From Eledone cirrhosa (taxonomy: Eukaryota), in contig OZ024762.1 of assembly GCA_964016885.1 (NCBI GenBank), positions 16,492,001-16,556,000 on the forward strand: a stretch of DNA of 64,000 nt, written 5' to 3'. Shown piece after piece: positions 29,973-43,714 of this stretch; positions within the stretch are counted from its first letter, which is position 1, and each line of letters opens with the position of its first letter. The position numbers were made by a program, and so were the translations under genes. The notes below the pieces were generated by a model. It was not told the origin of the DNA and did no database searches. It worked only from the letters and a program-made list of their open reading frames with translations.

Positions 29973-30111
29973 GTTGCTGCTCCTAATGAAATTTTTAAAA
30001 TGTATATTAGTAGAGTTGACTTTAGGTTCTAATAGTAACTACCTGTAGTACTTTGGTTAACCTATACTTTTGTCAGACAATATGGTTAATTACTTTACAT
30101 ATTAATCAATA

Positions 30112-30180
<69 letters not shown>

Positions 30181-30184
<4 letters not shown>

Positions 30185-30545
30185 ATACTTTGGGAGGGTC
30201 ATGTTGCCAATAAGAAACGCACGCACCAGTTGCTTTCACTTCAATTTATTATATATGTGGCGCATGCGCAGACTGAGCACACAACACACACACAGAAACA
30301 AAATGGCATAGGACAGAACAAAGGAGAGGCACAGAAACAAAGAAAGGAATCCCCAGTCACTGAAGAGGTCACAGAGTGTGTCACGAAAGAACTATGACTA
30401 TATATAAACAACTATCTGGTTGTGGAACCAACCAACCAACCAGAAATTTATAAATTTATAAATTTATAAATATATAATAAATTGAAGTGAAAGCAACTGG
30501 TGCGTGTGTTTCTTATTGGCAACATAACCCTCCCAAAGTATAACA
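30181..30545. mobile_element. TGT...ACA element with ~75-bp terminal inverted repeats
   Basis: tgttatactttgggaggg..caatttattatata versus tatataataaattg..ccctcccaaagtataaca; atat on both flanks. Confidence 0.75.
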
Positions 30546-30612
30546 ATATCGGTTTCAACACACGATTTCAGATAAAGAATCTTGCTAAACAAATTCAGAA
30601 ACGATATATATA

Positions 30613-30878
30613 TATAGTTATGTAATAAACAACATAAGATAATTATTCCATTTACCAAAGGTTTCCCGAAGACAGACGAGCCTGGCACAGACGTCTGACT
30701 TTGGTCGTCAGAACTTTTATGACGACCGAAGTCAGACATCTGTGTCAGGCTCATCTGACTTTGTGAAACCTTTGGTAAATGGAATAATTATCTTATGTTG
30801 TTTATTACATAACTATATAGCTCTGTAGTCTACATAGAGCACTCTCTTTTCCTTTACCTTTCCTACGGAAATACTTCA
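30613..30878. mobile_element. Fold-back family B (4 copies), TA-embedded
   Basis: About 100-bp inverted arms plus tail gctctgtagtctacatagagcactc..ggaaatacttca. Relatives at 9470-9666, 24648-24724 (tail only) and 57783-58001. Confidence 0.8.
30653..30711 (-). ncRNA. Hammerhead motif with long stem II
   Basis: Minus strand CUGACGA-ccaaagucagacg-(13 nt)-cgucugucuucgg-GAA-ACC-uuu-GGU-A. Confidence 0.7.
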
Positions 30879-31170
30879 CACACATATATATATATATTCA
30901 AAATAGAACAAAGACAACAGAATAAACAACAGAAAGACAGACAATCCCATCTCTTCAGTCAATCTTTGGAAATCACTATGATTTCAGATTTTTTAAGGTT
31001 GAACCTTTCACTCCAGTATACATTGGGACATAACAAAACAGGTAGAGACAAGTTATGTCTTTAGGTGAATTACACAAATATAGAAGAAAAAGTATATACA
31101 TATATATATATATATATATAAAGAATGAATAATAACAGGTAGACATCATAAAAAGGTAATTTATTCCGTG

Positions 31171-31282
31171 TGCTTACAAGTGTTTCCACGGTGGTACTGC
31201 AGCCTAGTTATGCTACGTGCAAATTCACAAGTACTTGCAGAACTCGAATATCCAATGCTGTGACCACTGTTTCCTCAGAGCA
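31171..31282 (-). ncRNA. Hammerhead motif with ~85-nt stem II region
   Basis: Minus strand ugcu-CUGAGGA-aacaguggu...accaccgug-GAA-ACA-cu-UGU-A-agca, followed by ggaataaa. Confidence 0.62.
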
Positions 31283-31624
31283 GAATGGTAAATGTACAAT
31301 GTAAATACCCTTAAGTGGGGTTGTTGGGGAAGATAGAGTAGAAAAGGAAGAGAGAAAAGTAGGGAAGAGGGAGAGAGAAAGAAAGATATGCAGGGGTTGG
31401 AGAAGTAGGAGAGAGTGGCTTGTAGATATCTTAATCAAAATGTTATGGTAGTAATTAACCATTACTACATCTTGGATAATCCTATACCTAATATATATAT
31501 ATATATATATATATATGTTAAAGAATGCAACCATTACTGTTGGAAGCTCCCGGGAGCTTCCAACAATAATGGTTGCATTCTTTAAGGGTATGTCAATATT
31601 TATTTATAAAACTGATCTATATTA

Positions 31625-31690
31625 TATTTTATCTGATGAAAGCACACCGTAATTTAACTTGGTGTCCTTGAAATATGTATAATGAAATAA
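31625..31690 (+). ncRNA. Hammerhead motif; second copy at 32740-32805
   Basis: CUGAUGA-aagcacacc-loop-ggugu-ccuu-GAAAUAUGUA; the second copy has aggcauacc/gguauccuu, a compensatory change in stem II. Host elements 31518-31730 and 32680-32845 are TA-flanked. Confidence 0.68.
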
Positions 31691-32109
31691 ATATGGTTTT
31701 ATAAATATAGTTTCCATTTGTCAATATCGTATATATATATATATTCAAAAACCATTAACTTGCAGACCCCTGCAAGTGGATTTTGTTGATTTCGGATTTA
31801 CAGAAACCTAGCGGAGATATTGTGGATTACATGTGATGTATGTTATATGGTATATATTATATGTATTATGTGTTACGTATGATGTCGACGTGACGGTCCA
31901 GGTTAGTCAAATTTTTCCTGAGTTCAGTCTTTTTCGTGGCTATGGTCACTATGGCCCTTCTATCGGTCGCTGTCTTCGTTTTGCAAAGTTGTCTAAACGT
32001 AATGTTATAACTCTAGGGTTATATACCCTATTGAGTGCTTAGCTGCACACCGAAACTGCATTCGTTAGCTTGGCTGCAACCATGGCTTCGTTGATGCTGT
32101 ACTAAATTT

Positions 32110-32143
<34 letters not shown>

Positions 32144-32146
<3 letters not shown>

Positions 32147-32244
32147 GGTGTCTCAAAAAAATATATACACACTTCAACCACATTCCCATAAATATTGCCT
32201 GTACAGGTAACCAAAGTGTGTATACATTTTTTTGGGACACCCTG
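32144..32244. mobile_element. Tc1/mariner-type MITE, 101 bp
   Basis: TA|cagggtgtctcaaaaaaatatatacacactt ... aagtgtgtatacatttttttgggacaccctg|TA. Confidence 0.88.
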
Positions 32245-32407
32245 TAATGTATATATGTATATATATATATATATATATACATATATATAGTAATAATAAA
32301 TTTGAAGACTAAAATCCACTTCTGCGTTTACAGATTGACTTTGTTAGTTTCAGAAGATCCCGTTAAGAGTGAAAGCAGCGATTCTTTGCTTAAACTTTAA
32401 TCTGTTA

Positions 32408-32439
<32 letters not shown>

Positions 32440-32624
32440 ACGAAGGAAATGTGGTAAGGAACCAGGTGGACCATAACGCACCAAAGTACTCAATACTTGA
32501 GGTAGTAGAGTGGGTAATAGGAACCAGTAAGACCCCGACAGCTGAGCTCAAGCCGTTTCGACGGCTAATTCTGCTAATTAGCCGTCGAAACGGCTTGAGC
32601 TCAGCTGTCGGGGTCTTACTGGTT

Positions 32625-32680
<56 letters not shown>

Positions 32681-32843
32681 GTAACGGTCGCATTTTGAAA
32701 GGGTACGTCAATGTTTATTTATAAAACTGGTATATATTGTATTTTGTCTGATGAAGGCATACCATAATTTAACTTGGTATCCTTGAAATATATGTAATGA
32801 AATAAATATGGTTTTATAAATATAGTTTCCATTTGTTAATATC

Positions 32844-32921
<78 letters not shown>

Positions 32922-33134
32922 TTATATATATATATATATATATATACATATTTATATATATATATATAGGAAAATGTTCAAGACCCCGACGGCTGTCCAG
33001 AAATAGCCGTCGAAACGGCTTGGGCTCTGCTGTCGGTGTCTTGAACGTTTCCCTATTACCCACTCTACTACCCTAAGTATTGAGTACTCTGGTGCGTTAT
33101 GGTCCATCTGGTTTCTTACCACACTTCTTTCGTT

Positions 33135-33169
<35 letters not shown>

Positions 33170-33332
33170 ACAAGACTTCTAGCGTTTGATGTTACACCAT
33201 TTCATTATCTCCTCCACCCTCACTCCCCCTTCATGACCACAAGATATGGTGGTGGGGGTCGAAACACAGCATTGGTAACTAACTGATCGCACTAACACAC
33301 CGCCTCACATATACACACATGCTGACACATTC

Positions 33333-33363
<31 letters not shown>

Positions 33364-33443
33364 TATATTTATATATATATATATATTATATAACTATACA
33401 CATGCACACACACATATATAAATATAAATATAATATATATATA

Positions 33444-33496
<53 letters not shown>

Positions 33497-33533
33497 ATAT
33501 ATCTATCTATATTATATATATATATATATACAC

Positions 33534-33571
<38 letters not shown>

Positions 33572-33610
33572 ATATATCTATCTATATTATATATATATAT
33601 ATATATACAC

Positions 33611-33658
<48 letters not shown>

Positions 33659-34131
33659 ATATATATATATGTATATATTATATATACACATATTATATAT
33701 ATATATATACATATATATATGTGTATATATATATATGTGTATATATATATATGTGTGTGTGTATATATATATATGTGTGTGTGTATATATATATATATGT
33801 GTGTGTGTGTATATATATATATGTGTGTGTGTATATACACATATCATGACACCAGGGTGTGGTTTTATGTTCAAAGGTGTGTGGGGTGGAGGTTACTTTA
33901 TCAAAGATAGAAAGTCATAAATTTTGGATCTTCCTAATTTTTCTGTCTTTTTGCAGCAACTTAAGGGGCAGCCAGTCACCCCAGGGGACTTGATATTTCC
34001 AGAGGGGGTGGTGGATGGGTTGAGGGTGGATTACCTTATCCCCCCACCCCACCCACCCACCCGTCTTACCCTTACACAGTACTTTCTGCTGAACACTTTT
34101 TTTGTTTATTTCTTTGTTTCTGAATGTGTTT

Positions 34132-34430
34132 ACACACACATATTTGAAGACACATACACATACACACATTTGAAGACACATACACACACACACACATTTG
34201 AAGACACATACACACACACATTTGAAGACACATACACACACACATTTGAAGACGCATACACACACACACCCATTTGAAGACACATAGACACACACACACA
34301 CATTTGAAGACATACACACACACATTTGAACACACACACGCATTTGAAGACACACACACACATTTGAAGACACATACACACACATATATTTGAAGGCACA
34401 TACACACACACACATATTTGAAGACATTTA
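34132..34430. repeat. ~24-bp minisatellite
   Basis: catttgaagacacatacacacaca repeated. Confidence 0.85.
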
Positions 34431-35499
34431 CACGCATTTATATCACACACACACACATACATATATATACATACATATATACACACACAGACATACATTT
34501 ATAGACACACGCATATACATTTATACATACACACACATACATATATCTATAAACACATACATATCTACACACATACATATATATATACATACATATCTAT
34601 ACACACATATATATACACATACATACCTATACACACATACATACACACATACATACATATCTATACACACATACATATCTATACAGACATATATATATAT
34701 ACACACATATATATATACACATACATATCTATACACACACACATACATATATATACACACATACATATATATACACACATACATATATATTCACACATAC
34801 ATATATACAAACATACATATATATATATATATACACATACATATATATATACACATACATATATATACACATACATATATATACACATACATACATTTAT
34901 AGACATTTTCTCAAGATGGCCACCATGTGTGATGTGTAGCTGCTGTTTTAGTTTGTTGTCTCCCCCACCACTGCACCGCCACCACCCTACCACAAAAGAC
35001 GGGGGGGGGGGACTCCCTTTTAGGGGACACTAGACACTTTATACCACTATTATAACCAATTAATTGATATCAACCCCTACCACCACCACCACCACCACCT
35101 TTACTACCAGAACCACCGCCATCACCCCAGCCCTACAACCATCACTGACACCTACACCACCACCACCATCATCACCACCGCCATCACCCCCATCACAGCC
35201 ACCTACACCACCACCACCATCATCACCACCGCCATCACCCCCATCACAGCCACCTACACCACCACCACCATCATCACCACCACCATCACCCCCATCACAG
35301 CCACCTACACCACCACCATCACCCTACCTACACCATCCCTACCTTTAGTACAAGCCCCACCATCACAGCCACCACCACCACCATCATACTCACCCTCCCT
35401 CTCCTTACCACCACCACCCCGCTCCCCCTTGTAAGATCAACTCTATATAAACAAGGGATTGTTTATCATTCGAACCCTTAACCTCCTTGTTTGATGGTG

Positions 35500-36150
35500 T
35501 GGTGGTGTCATGGTCTGTTGTATGGTGACAATGGGAGGTCTGGTGTGGTGTTGTGGTGGTGTCGTGTAGTGGTGTGTAGTGGTGTGCTGTTGTATGGTGA
35601 CAATGGGAGGTCTGGTGTGGTGGTGTGGTGGTGTCGTGTAGTGGTGTGTAGTGGTGTGCTGTTGTATGGTGACAATGGGAGGTCTGGTGTGGTGGTGTGT
35701 GGTGGTGTGGTGTTGTATGGTGACAATGGGAGGTCTGGTGTGGTGGTGTGGTGGTGTCGTGTAGTGGTGTGTAGTGGTGTGCTGTTGTATGGTGACAATG
35801 GGAGGTCTGGTGTGGTGGTGTGTGGTGGTGTGGTGTTGTATGGTGACAATGGGAGGTCTGGTGTAGTGGTGTGGTGTAGAGGTGTAGTGGTGTGTGGTGG
35901 TGTGCTGTTGTATGGTGACAATGGGAGGTCTGGTGTAGTGGTGTGATGGTGTGGTGTAGTGGTGTGTGGTGGTGTGGTGACAATGGGAGGTCTGGTGTAG
36001 TGGTGTCATGTAGTGGTGTGTGGTGGTGTGGTGTTGTATGGTGACAATAGGAGGTCTGGTGTAGTGGTGTGATGGTGTTGTGTAGTGGTGTAGTGGTGAT
36101 GTGGTGTGGCGTGTTGTCGTGCGTGGTGACAATGGGAGGTCTGGTGTAGT
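35500..36150. repeat. GT-rich 50-75-bp minisatellite
   Basis: tatggtgacaatgggaggtctggtgt core repeated about 11 times. Confidence 0.88.
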
Positions 36151-36880
36151 GATGGTGGGGGGCCATGGTGTAGTGGTGTAGTGTGGTGATGGTGCTGTGG
36201 GGTATGGTGTAGTGGGGTGGAGTATGGTGTAGTGGTAGTGGTGTGGTGCCAGTAGGAGGTCGAATGCAGTGGAGTGGTGCCAATGGAAAGTTTGGTGTAT
36301 TGTTGTACCAACTTTATCAAAACCTCATATATATACATATATATATATTATAAAATTAGTCCCTCATCAGTGATTTGCCAACCATCATTGGTATTTCATC
36401 GCATTAAAAATCAGATACCTCAGGTTGGTGCGAGCAATAACTAAAATAAGCTATTGGGACCAGTGAATCGTGTAAAGCGAGTGAGACAAGTAAACAACAT
36501 AGAAGGAAAAGCAAACCGAAGGTAGGAAAAAAGCAAGCAACATGATGGTTATCCGATCAGCATAAGCTGGGTGAATTTCATGAGCAGTCAGAAAACAGAC
36601 CGTCCGACGTGAATGAGATGTGATATATATATATATATATATATATATACATTATGAAGAGAGAAGAAACATTTAGATATAATTAGTAATAAAATGTATC
36701 ATACCTTTAGGTATGATACATTTTAACTCTGATACTGGTTCAGTCTAGTTCAAACTGAATTGGTCTGTCCCAGTCATTCATTGAGCAACATCGGTGAAGT
36801 TGGCACCCTTAACTCACAGTTGGGTGCGGATGCATTCATGTATATATATATGTGTGTGTCCGCATGTATCTGTGTGTTTC

Positions 36881-36914
<34 letters not shown>

Positions 36915-37139
36915 AACGAGTAGGACCCCGACGGCTGAGCTCAAGCCGTTTCGACGGCTAATTCTGGACTAAAAAACTAGCCGTCGAAACGGCTTAAGCT
37001 CAGCCGTCGGGGTCCTACTCGTTCCTATTACCCACTCTACTACCCTAAGTATTGAGTACTTCGGTGCGTTATGGTCCACCTGGTTCCTTACCACATTTCC
37101 TTCGTTATATATATATATATTTATATATATATATATATA

Positions 37140-37325
37140 TAAGGAAGGAGCTGTGGTAAGGAACCAGATGGACTGTAACGCACCAGAGTACTCAATACTT
37201 AGGGTAGTAGAATGTGTAATAGGAGAAAGTATGACCCCGACGGCAGAGCTCAAGCCGTTTCGACGGCTTAGTCCAGAAATAGCCGTCGAAACGGCTTGAG
37301 CTCTGCCGTCGGGGTCATACATTTT

Positions 37326-37330
<5 letters not shown>
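37140..37330. mobile_element. Fold-back family A (7 copies), TA-embedded
   Basis: aaggaaatgtggtaaggaaccagatggacc... at 18918-19115, 21615-21755, 32438-32628, 32967-33136, 36911-37107, 37140-37330 and 40896-41018. About 50-bp inverted arms plus about 80-nt one-sided tail. Confidence 0.85.
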
Positions 37331-37402
<72 letters not shown>

Positions 37403-37438
37403 GGATTATACCAGTTTTAAACTAGTAACACCATTACA

Positions 37439-37474
<36 letters not shown>

Positions 37475-37687
37475 AGCATGTATATACACACAGTATGTAT
37501 ATAATGTATATATGAGGGGAGGGCTCTTCTGGATCAAGGTTGGGGGTCGTCTTACAGTAGTCTCTACTAATGGTAACCATTAGAAACAGTAAATTTATTT
37601 GTTTAGAGTTGACTGGCACCAGTTGACCTTGGTAACTCTCTCAGACCTCCTTTGGTTCTGTCTACAACTGACCTTTCAAGGTGCTGG

Positions 37688-38940
37688 TGTATGTATGTGT
37701 GTGTGTGTGTGTCAGTGTATGTGTGTGTGTGTGTCAGTGTATGTGTGCATATGTATGTAAGTACTTATGTATGTAAGTACATGTATATATGTAGGTACAT
37801 GTATGTAAGTACTTATGTATGTATGTACATGAGTGTATGTATGTTTGTATGTATAAGTGTATGTGTGCATATGTATGTAAGTACATGTATATATGTATGT
37901 ATGTAAGTACTTATGTATGTAAGTACATGTATATATGTAGGTACATGTATGTATGTAAGTACTTATGTATGTATGTACATGAGTGTATGTATGTACATGA
38001 GTGTATGTAAGTACTTATGTATGTATGTACATGAGTGTATGTATGTTTGTATGTATAAGTGTATGTGTGCATATGTATGTAAGTACATGTATATATGTAT
38101 GTATGTAAGTACTTATGTATGTAAGTACATGTATATATGTAGGTACATGTATGTATGTAAGTACTTATGTATGTATGTACATGAGTGTATGTATGTTTGT
38201 ATGTATAAGTGTATGTGTGCATATGTATGTAAGTACATGTATATATGTATGTATGTAAGTACTTATGTATGTATGTTTGTATGTATAAGTGTATGTATGT
38301 GTGTGTCAGTGTATGTGTGCATATGTATGTAAGTACTTATGTATGTATGTACATGTGTATGTATGTTTGTATGTATAAGTGTATGTGTGCATATGTATCT
38401 AGGTACATGTATATATGTAGGTACATGTGTATATGTATGTATGTAAGTACTTATGTATGTAAGTACTTATGTATGTATGTACTTATGTATGTATGTTTGT
38501 ATGTATAAGTGTATGTATGTGTGTGTGTCAGTGTGTGTGCATATGTATGTAAGTACATGTATATATGTAGGTACATGTGTATATGTATGTAAGTACATGA
38601 GTGTATGTATGTGTGTGTCAGTGTATGTGTGTGCATCTGTAAGTATATGTATATATGTAGGTACATGTATATATGTATGTATGTAAGTACTTATGTATGT
38701 ATGTACATGAGTGTATGTATGTTTGTATGTATAAGTGTATGTGTGCATATGTATCTAGGTACATGTATATATGTAGGTACATGTGTATATGTATGTATGT
38801 AAGTACTTATGTATGTATGTTTGTATGTATAAGTGTATGTATGTGTGTGTGTCAGTGTGTGTGCATATGTATGTAAGTACATGTATATATGTATGTCTGT
38901 CTGTATGTATGTATATACATACATGTGTATGTATATGTGT
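37688..38940. repeat. (TATG)-derived complex minisatellite
   Basis: gtatgtaagtacttatgtatgtatgtacatgagtgtat modules. Confidence 0.85.
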
Positions 38941-38995
38941 ATCTATTATATACTATACAACAAGAATGGTCTCCCAGCTTTACCCAGGAAATAAT

Positions 38996-39180
38996 TGTTT
39001 CTACTTTAGGCACAAGGCCAGCAATTACCCAGTGCATTACTGGTACTTTATTTTATTGACCCCGTAAGGATGAAAGGCAAAGTCAACCTCGGCGGGATTT
39101 GAACTCAGATCATAAAGGGACGTAACTATGCTGGAAAGCATGGCGTCCGACCCTCTACCGATACTGCCAATCCACCGCCC
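38996..39180 (-). mobile_element. Full-length tRNA-derived SINE with Nin/Deu-like central domain
   Basis: Minus strand: B box gagttcaaatccc, core cctttcatccttacggggtcaataaaataaagtaccag, tail ggccttgtgcctaaagtagaaacaattatt. 17-bp TSD tttacccaggaaataat at 38979-38995 and 39181-39197. Confidence 0.88.
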
Positions 39181-39298
39181 TTTACCCAGGAAATAATGCA
39201 CTAAATTGATGAACATCTTGGAGATTGAGAAACTTAAGTCTACAGCTGGAACACTTAAAATGTAATATATATGGTATCATGCATATATAATGATATAT

Positions 39299-39533
39299 AG
39301 ACACTTTATTTCACATTGCTCCAATTTACTCAGCTGTAGAAATGAGATGATAGGACTGGGGTCCTTATCATTCCACTGCAAAGTCGTCGTGGAGGTGCCA
39401 CAGCAAAAAAGCACCCAGTACTCACTGTAAATGAGGATGGTGTTAGGAAGGGCATCCAGCTGTAGAAATCAAGCCAGAATCAGTTCCCGTCCCACCCTTG
39501 CAAGCAGGGAAAAGCGGACGTATGGTGATGATG

Positions 39534-39535
<2 letters not shown>
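39299..39535 (+). mobile_element. 5'-truncated copy of the same SINE
   Basis: Near-identical to the reverse complement of 29513-29752. Confidence 0.85.
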
Positions 39536-39565
<30 letters not shown>

Positions 39566-39566
<1 letters not shown>

Positions 39567-40460
39567 ATAAATAACCTTATCAGTCAGGCAATTGCCCCCT
39601 TAGGGGAAATTGCCTGACTGATAAGGTTATTTATAGGTGCACCGTAACTAGCCATAATAGCGTTAAGCATTATATAGGGGCTACCTCCGGCCCGTTCAAA
39701 AATAGATTGCGAACACATCTCCACTCTTTCACAAACAAGAAACTAAGACACTCCACTTCGCTCGCTAATTACATTACAGCATTACAAGGCTCAAACATCA
39801 GCTTCTCCACGCACTGGGAAATTGTCGGCAGGGCAGCACTGTACAATTTCAAGAGGAAGTGCGAGCTTTGCTTCATGGAGCTTTACTATATCATAACAGC
39901 ACCCCCTGAGCTCATCCTCAGCAGAGCAGAAACAGTGATAAACTGCACGCACCGTATAAAAATCTCTTACTCCAGATGGAATAAGAATGTGGTGTGAAAA
40001 CCATAAACCGGGTCACCCTGCACCAAACCCTAACACCCCGGCGCTGCAAACAAACATCTGGAAACTAACCATGCATTCCAGACCTGGCATGAATCGACCC
40101 CAGCGGGCAGGCGCTGCAAAGAAACATCTGGAAACTAACTATGCATCCCTGACCCGGCGTGAATCGACAATGGTAAAGCAGTACCCACAAAGTAGTATTG
40201 GGTAACAAATAGCTTGGGGAACACAGCTCTAACACCGGCTAGAGTTATCTCCCTTGATCTACTGCAAAATCAATACATTTGGTTTACGAAGAATGAACTG
40301 TGATGTGAACTTATCTTTAAAACCCCCTCTGGGTCACGTAAGGAAGACTCTTTAGTTTTTTATGCCCTTGAGAAGCCCTTTCGGGCGAACCATATGTAGA
40401 TGGTGTTTTAAATAAACATGTTTTAATGGTTTGTTCTCCTTTATATACTTCTTCACGTAT
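39566..40460 (+). mobile_element. 5'-truncated Penelope-like element (GIY-YIG end + 3' region) with 5' hairpin, in (TA)n
   Basis: GIY-YIG frame (next feature); near-perfect inverted repeat at 39566-39635; degenerate hammerhead-like motif ttgagaa-gccc-tttc-gggc-gaacc at about 40368-40392; TA flanks. Confidence 0.8.
39590..39997 (+). pseudogene. GIY-YIG endonuclease domain of a Penelope-like retroelement
   Basis: Open frame NCPLRGNCLTDKVIYRCTV..HYIGATSGPFKNRLRTHLHSF..WEIV..CELCFMELYYI..NCTH*, with VIY/YIG, catalytic R and E, and CxxC...CxH. Confidence 0.85.
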
Positions 40461-40461
40461 G

Positions 40462-40493
<32 letters not shown>

Positions 40494-40497
40494 TTTT

Positions 40498-40876
40498 GAG
40501 TATATGTTGGTTGTATACCAACACCTCAGTATGCAGGCTGGAGCACTCGACGAAGTGCGCAGGTTGGTTTGGTTACTCCGCAGTAATGTAAAATAAAGTT
40601 AAATAAAAAGTCAAATGTTTAAAATTTGGCTTCGTTTATTACTGCTATATATATTTCAGTGACAGCCATCTTTGGCTTTGACCTCTTCAAGCAGTCCAAA
40701 TTAGTGTGGTATAGACAAGTACATATGTTGTTGAGGTGTATAATTATACACCTCAACAACTAATTCGGACTGCTTGAAGAGGTCAAAGCCAAAGATGGCT
40801 GTCACTGAAATATATATAGCAGTAATAAACGAAGCCAAATTTTAAACATTTGACTTTTTATTTAACTTTATTTTAT
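40498..40876. mobile_element. Fold-back element C
   Basis: Near-perfect inverted arms 40589-40704 / 40761-40875, an inner hairpin gttgttgaggtgtataattatacacctcaacaac, and an ~88-nt left tail. Confidence 0.78.
40769..40823 (+). ncRNA. Hammerhead-like motif (UUGAAGA variant), with an inverted twin at 40641-40695 (-)
   Basis: acugc-UUGAAGA-ggucaaagcca-aaga-uggcugucacu-GAAAUAUAUAUA-gcagu. Stem I pairs perfectly; the stem III region is palindromic. Confidence 0.6.
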
Positions 40877-41279
40877 ATATATATATATATATATATAATG
40901 AAGGAGTTGTGGTAAGGAACCAGATGGACCATAACGCTCCAGAGTACTCAATACTTAGGGTAGTAGAGTGGGTGTCGAAACGGCCTGAGCTCTGCCGTCG
41001 GGGTCATATATTTTCCTATATATATATATATATATATACAAAACACACACTCACATCCCCACTCACAGATGTCAATCATTAAATGATAGTAACCAGTCTA
41101 AAAGATATTGTCCCAATGGACATATTTGACTGAGGTCTTCTTTGCCACACACACACATGTATGTATGTATGTGTGTGTGTGTGTGTGTGTCCATATGTAT
41201 ATATGTGTGCGCATATGTATAACTGTGTTTATACACATGTATATAATACAATTATATTTATTTAATACTCATCACAAGA

Positions 41280-42413
<1,134 letters not shown>

Positions 42414-43714
42414 GAATCTAAACACTTTGTAAACAAACATAGATATATCTGTTGAACGGATGTTAACAACCTTGCCTCTAAAACAGAAGGTTTGACGAAA
42501 GATAATTTCACCATCACCACTACCATCATCACCATCACCGCCCCCACCACCACCACTACCATCATCATCATCACCACTACCATCATCATCATCACCAGCA
42601 CCATCACCACCACTACCATCATCACCAGCACCATCACCACCACTACCATCATCATCACCAGCACCATCATCACCACAACCATCACCACCACCACCACCAT
42701 CATTACTACCATCATCACCACTACCATCACTACCATCACCACCACCACTACCATCATCACCAGCACCATCACCACCATCACCACCAGCACCATCACCGCT
42801 ACCACCATCACCACCACAACCATCACCACCAGCGCCACCATCATTACTACCATCGTCACCACTACCATCATCATCATCAGCACCATCACCACTACCACCA
42901 CTACCACCATCACCACCACCATCATTACTACCATCGTCACCACTACCATTACTACCATTACCATCGTCACCACTACCATCACCACCACCACTACCATCAC
43001 AATAACCACCACCACCATCACCACCACCACTACCACCATCAATATCATAATCACAATCCTACAGATCATCAATGTTACAAATAATTTCTAATTTAGGCAC
43101 AAGGCCCGCAATTTGTGAGAGAAGGGGAAAGTCGATTAAAATGACACCAGTACATTACTGGTACTTTATTTTATAGGTACTAGAAAGATGAAAGGCAAAG
43201 TTGATCTCAATACAATAATATTTACATTACTCTATATATACTATTGTATTTTCACACTAAAGGCCTCACATATCTCACATAGCATTTACATTACTCTATA
43301 TATACTATTGTATTTTCACGGTAAAGGCTTTACCTCACATAATATCTCACATAACATTTACATTACTCTATATATACTATTGTATTTTCACAGTAAAGGC
43401 TTTACCTCACATAACATTTACATTACTCTATATATACTATTGTATTTTCACAGTAAAGGCTTTACCTCACATAACATTTACATTACTCTATATATACTAT
43501 TGTATTTTCACAGTAAAGGCTTTACCTCACATAATATCTCACATAACATTTACATTACTCTATATATACTATTGTATTTTCACAGTAAAGTCTTTACCTC
43601 ACATAATATCTCACATAACATTTACATTACTCTATATATACTATTGTATTTTCACAATAAAGGCTTTACCTCACATAATATCTCACATAACATTTACATT
43701 ACTCTATATATACT

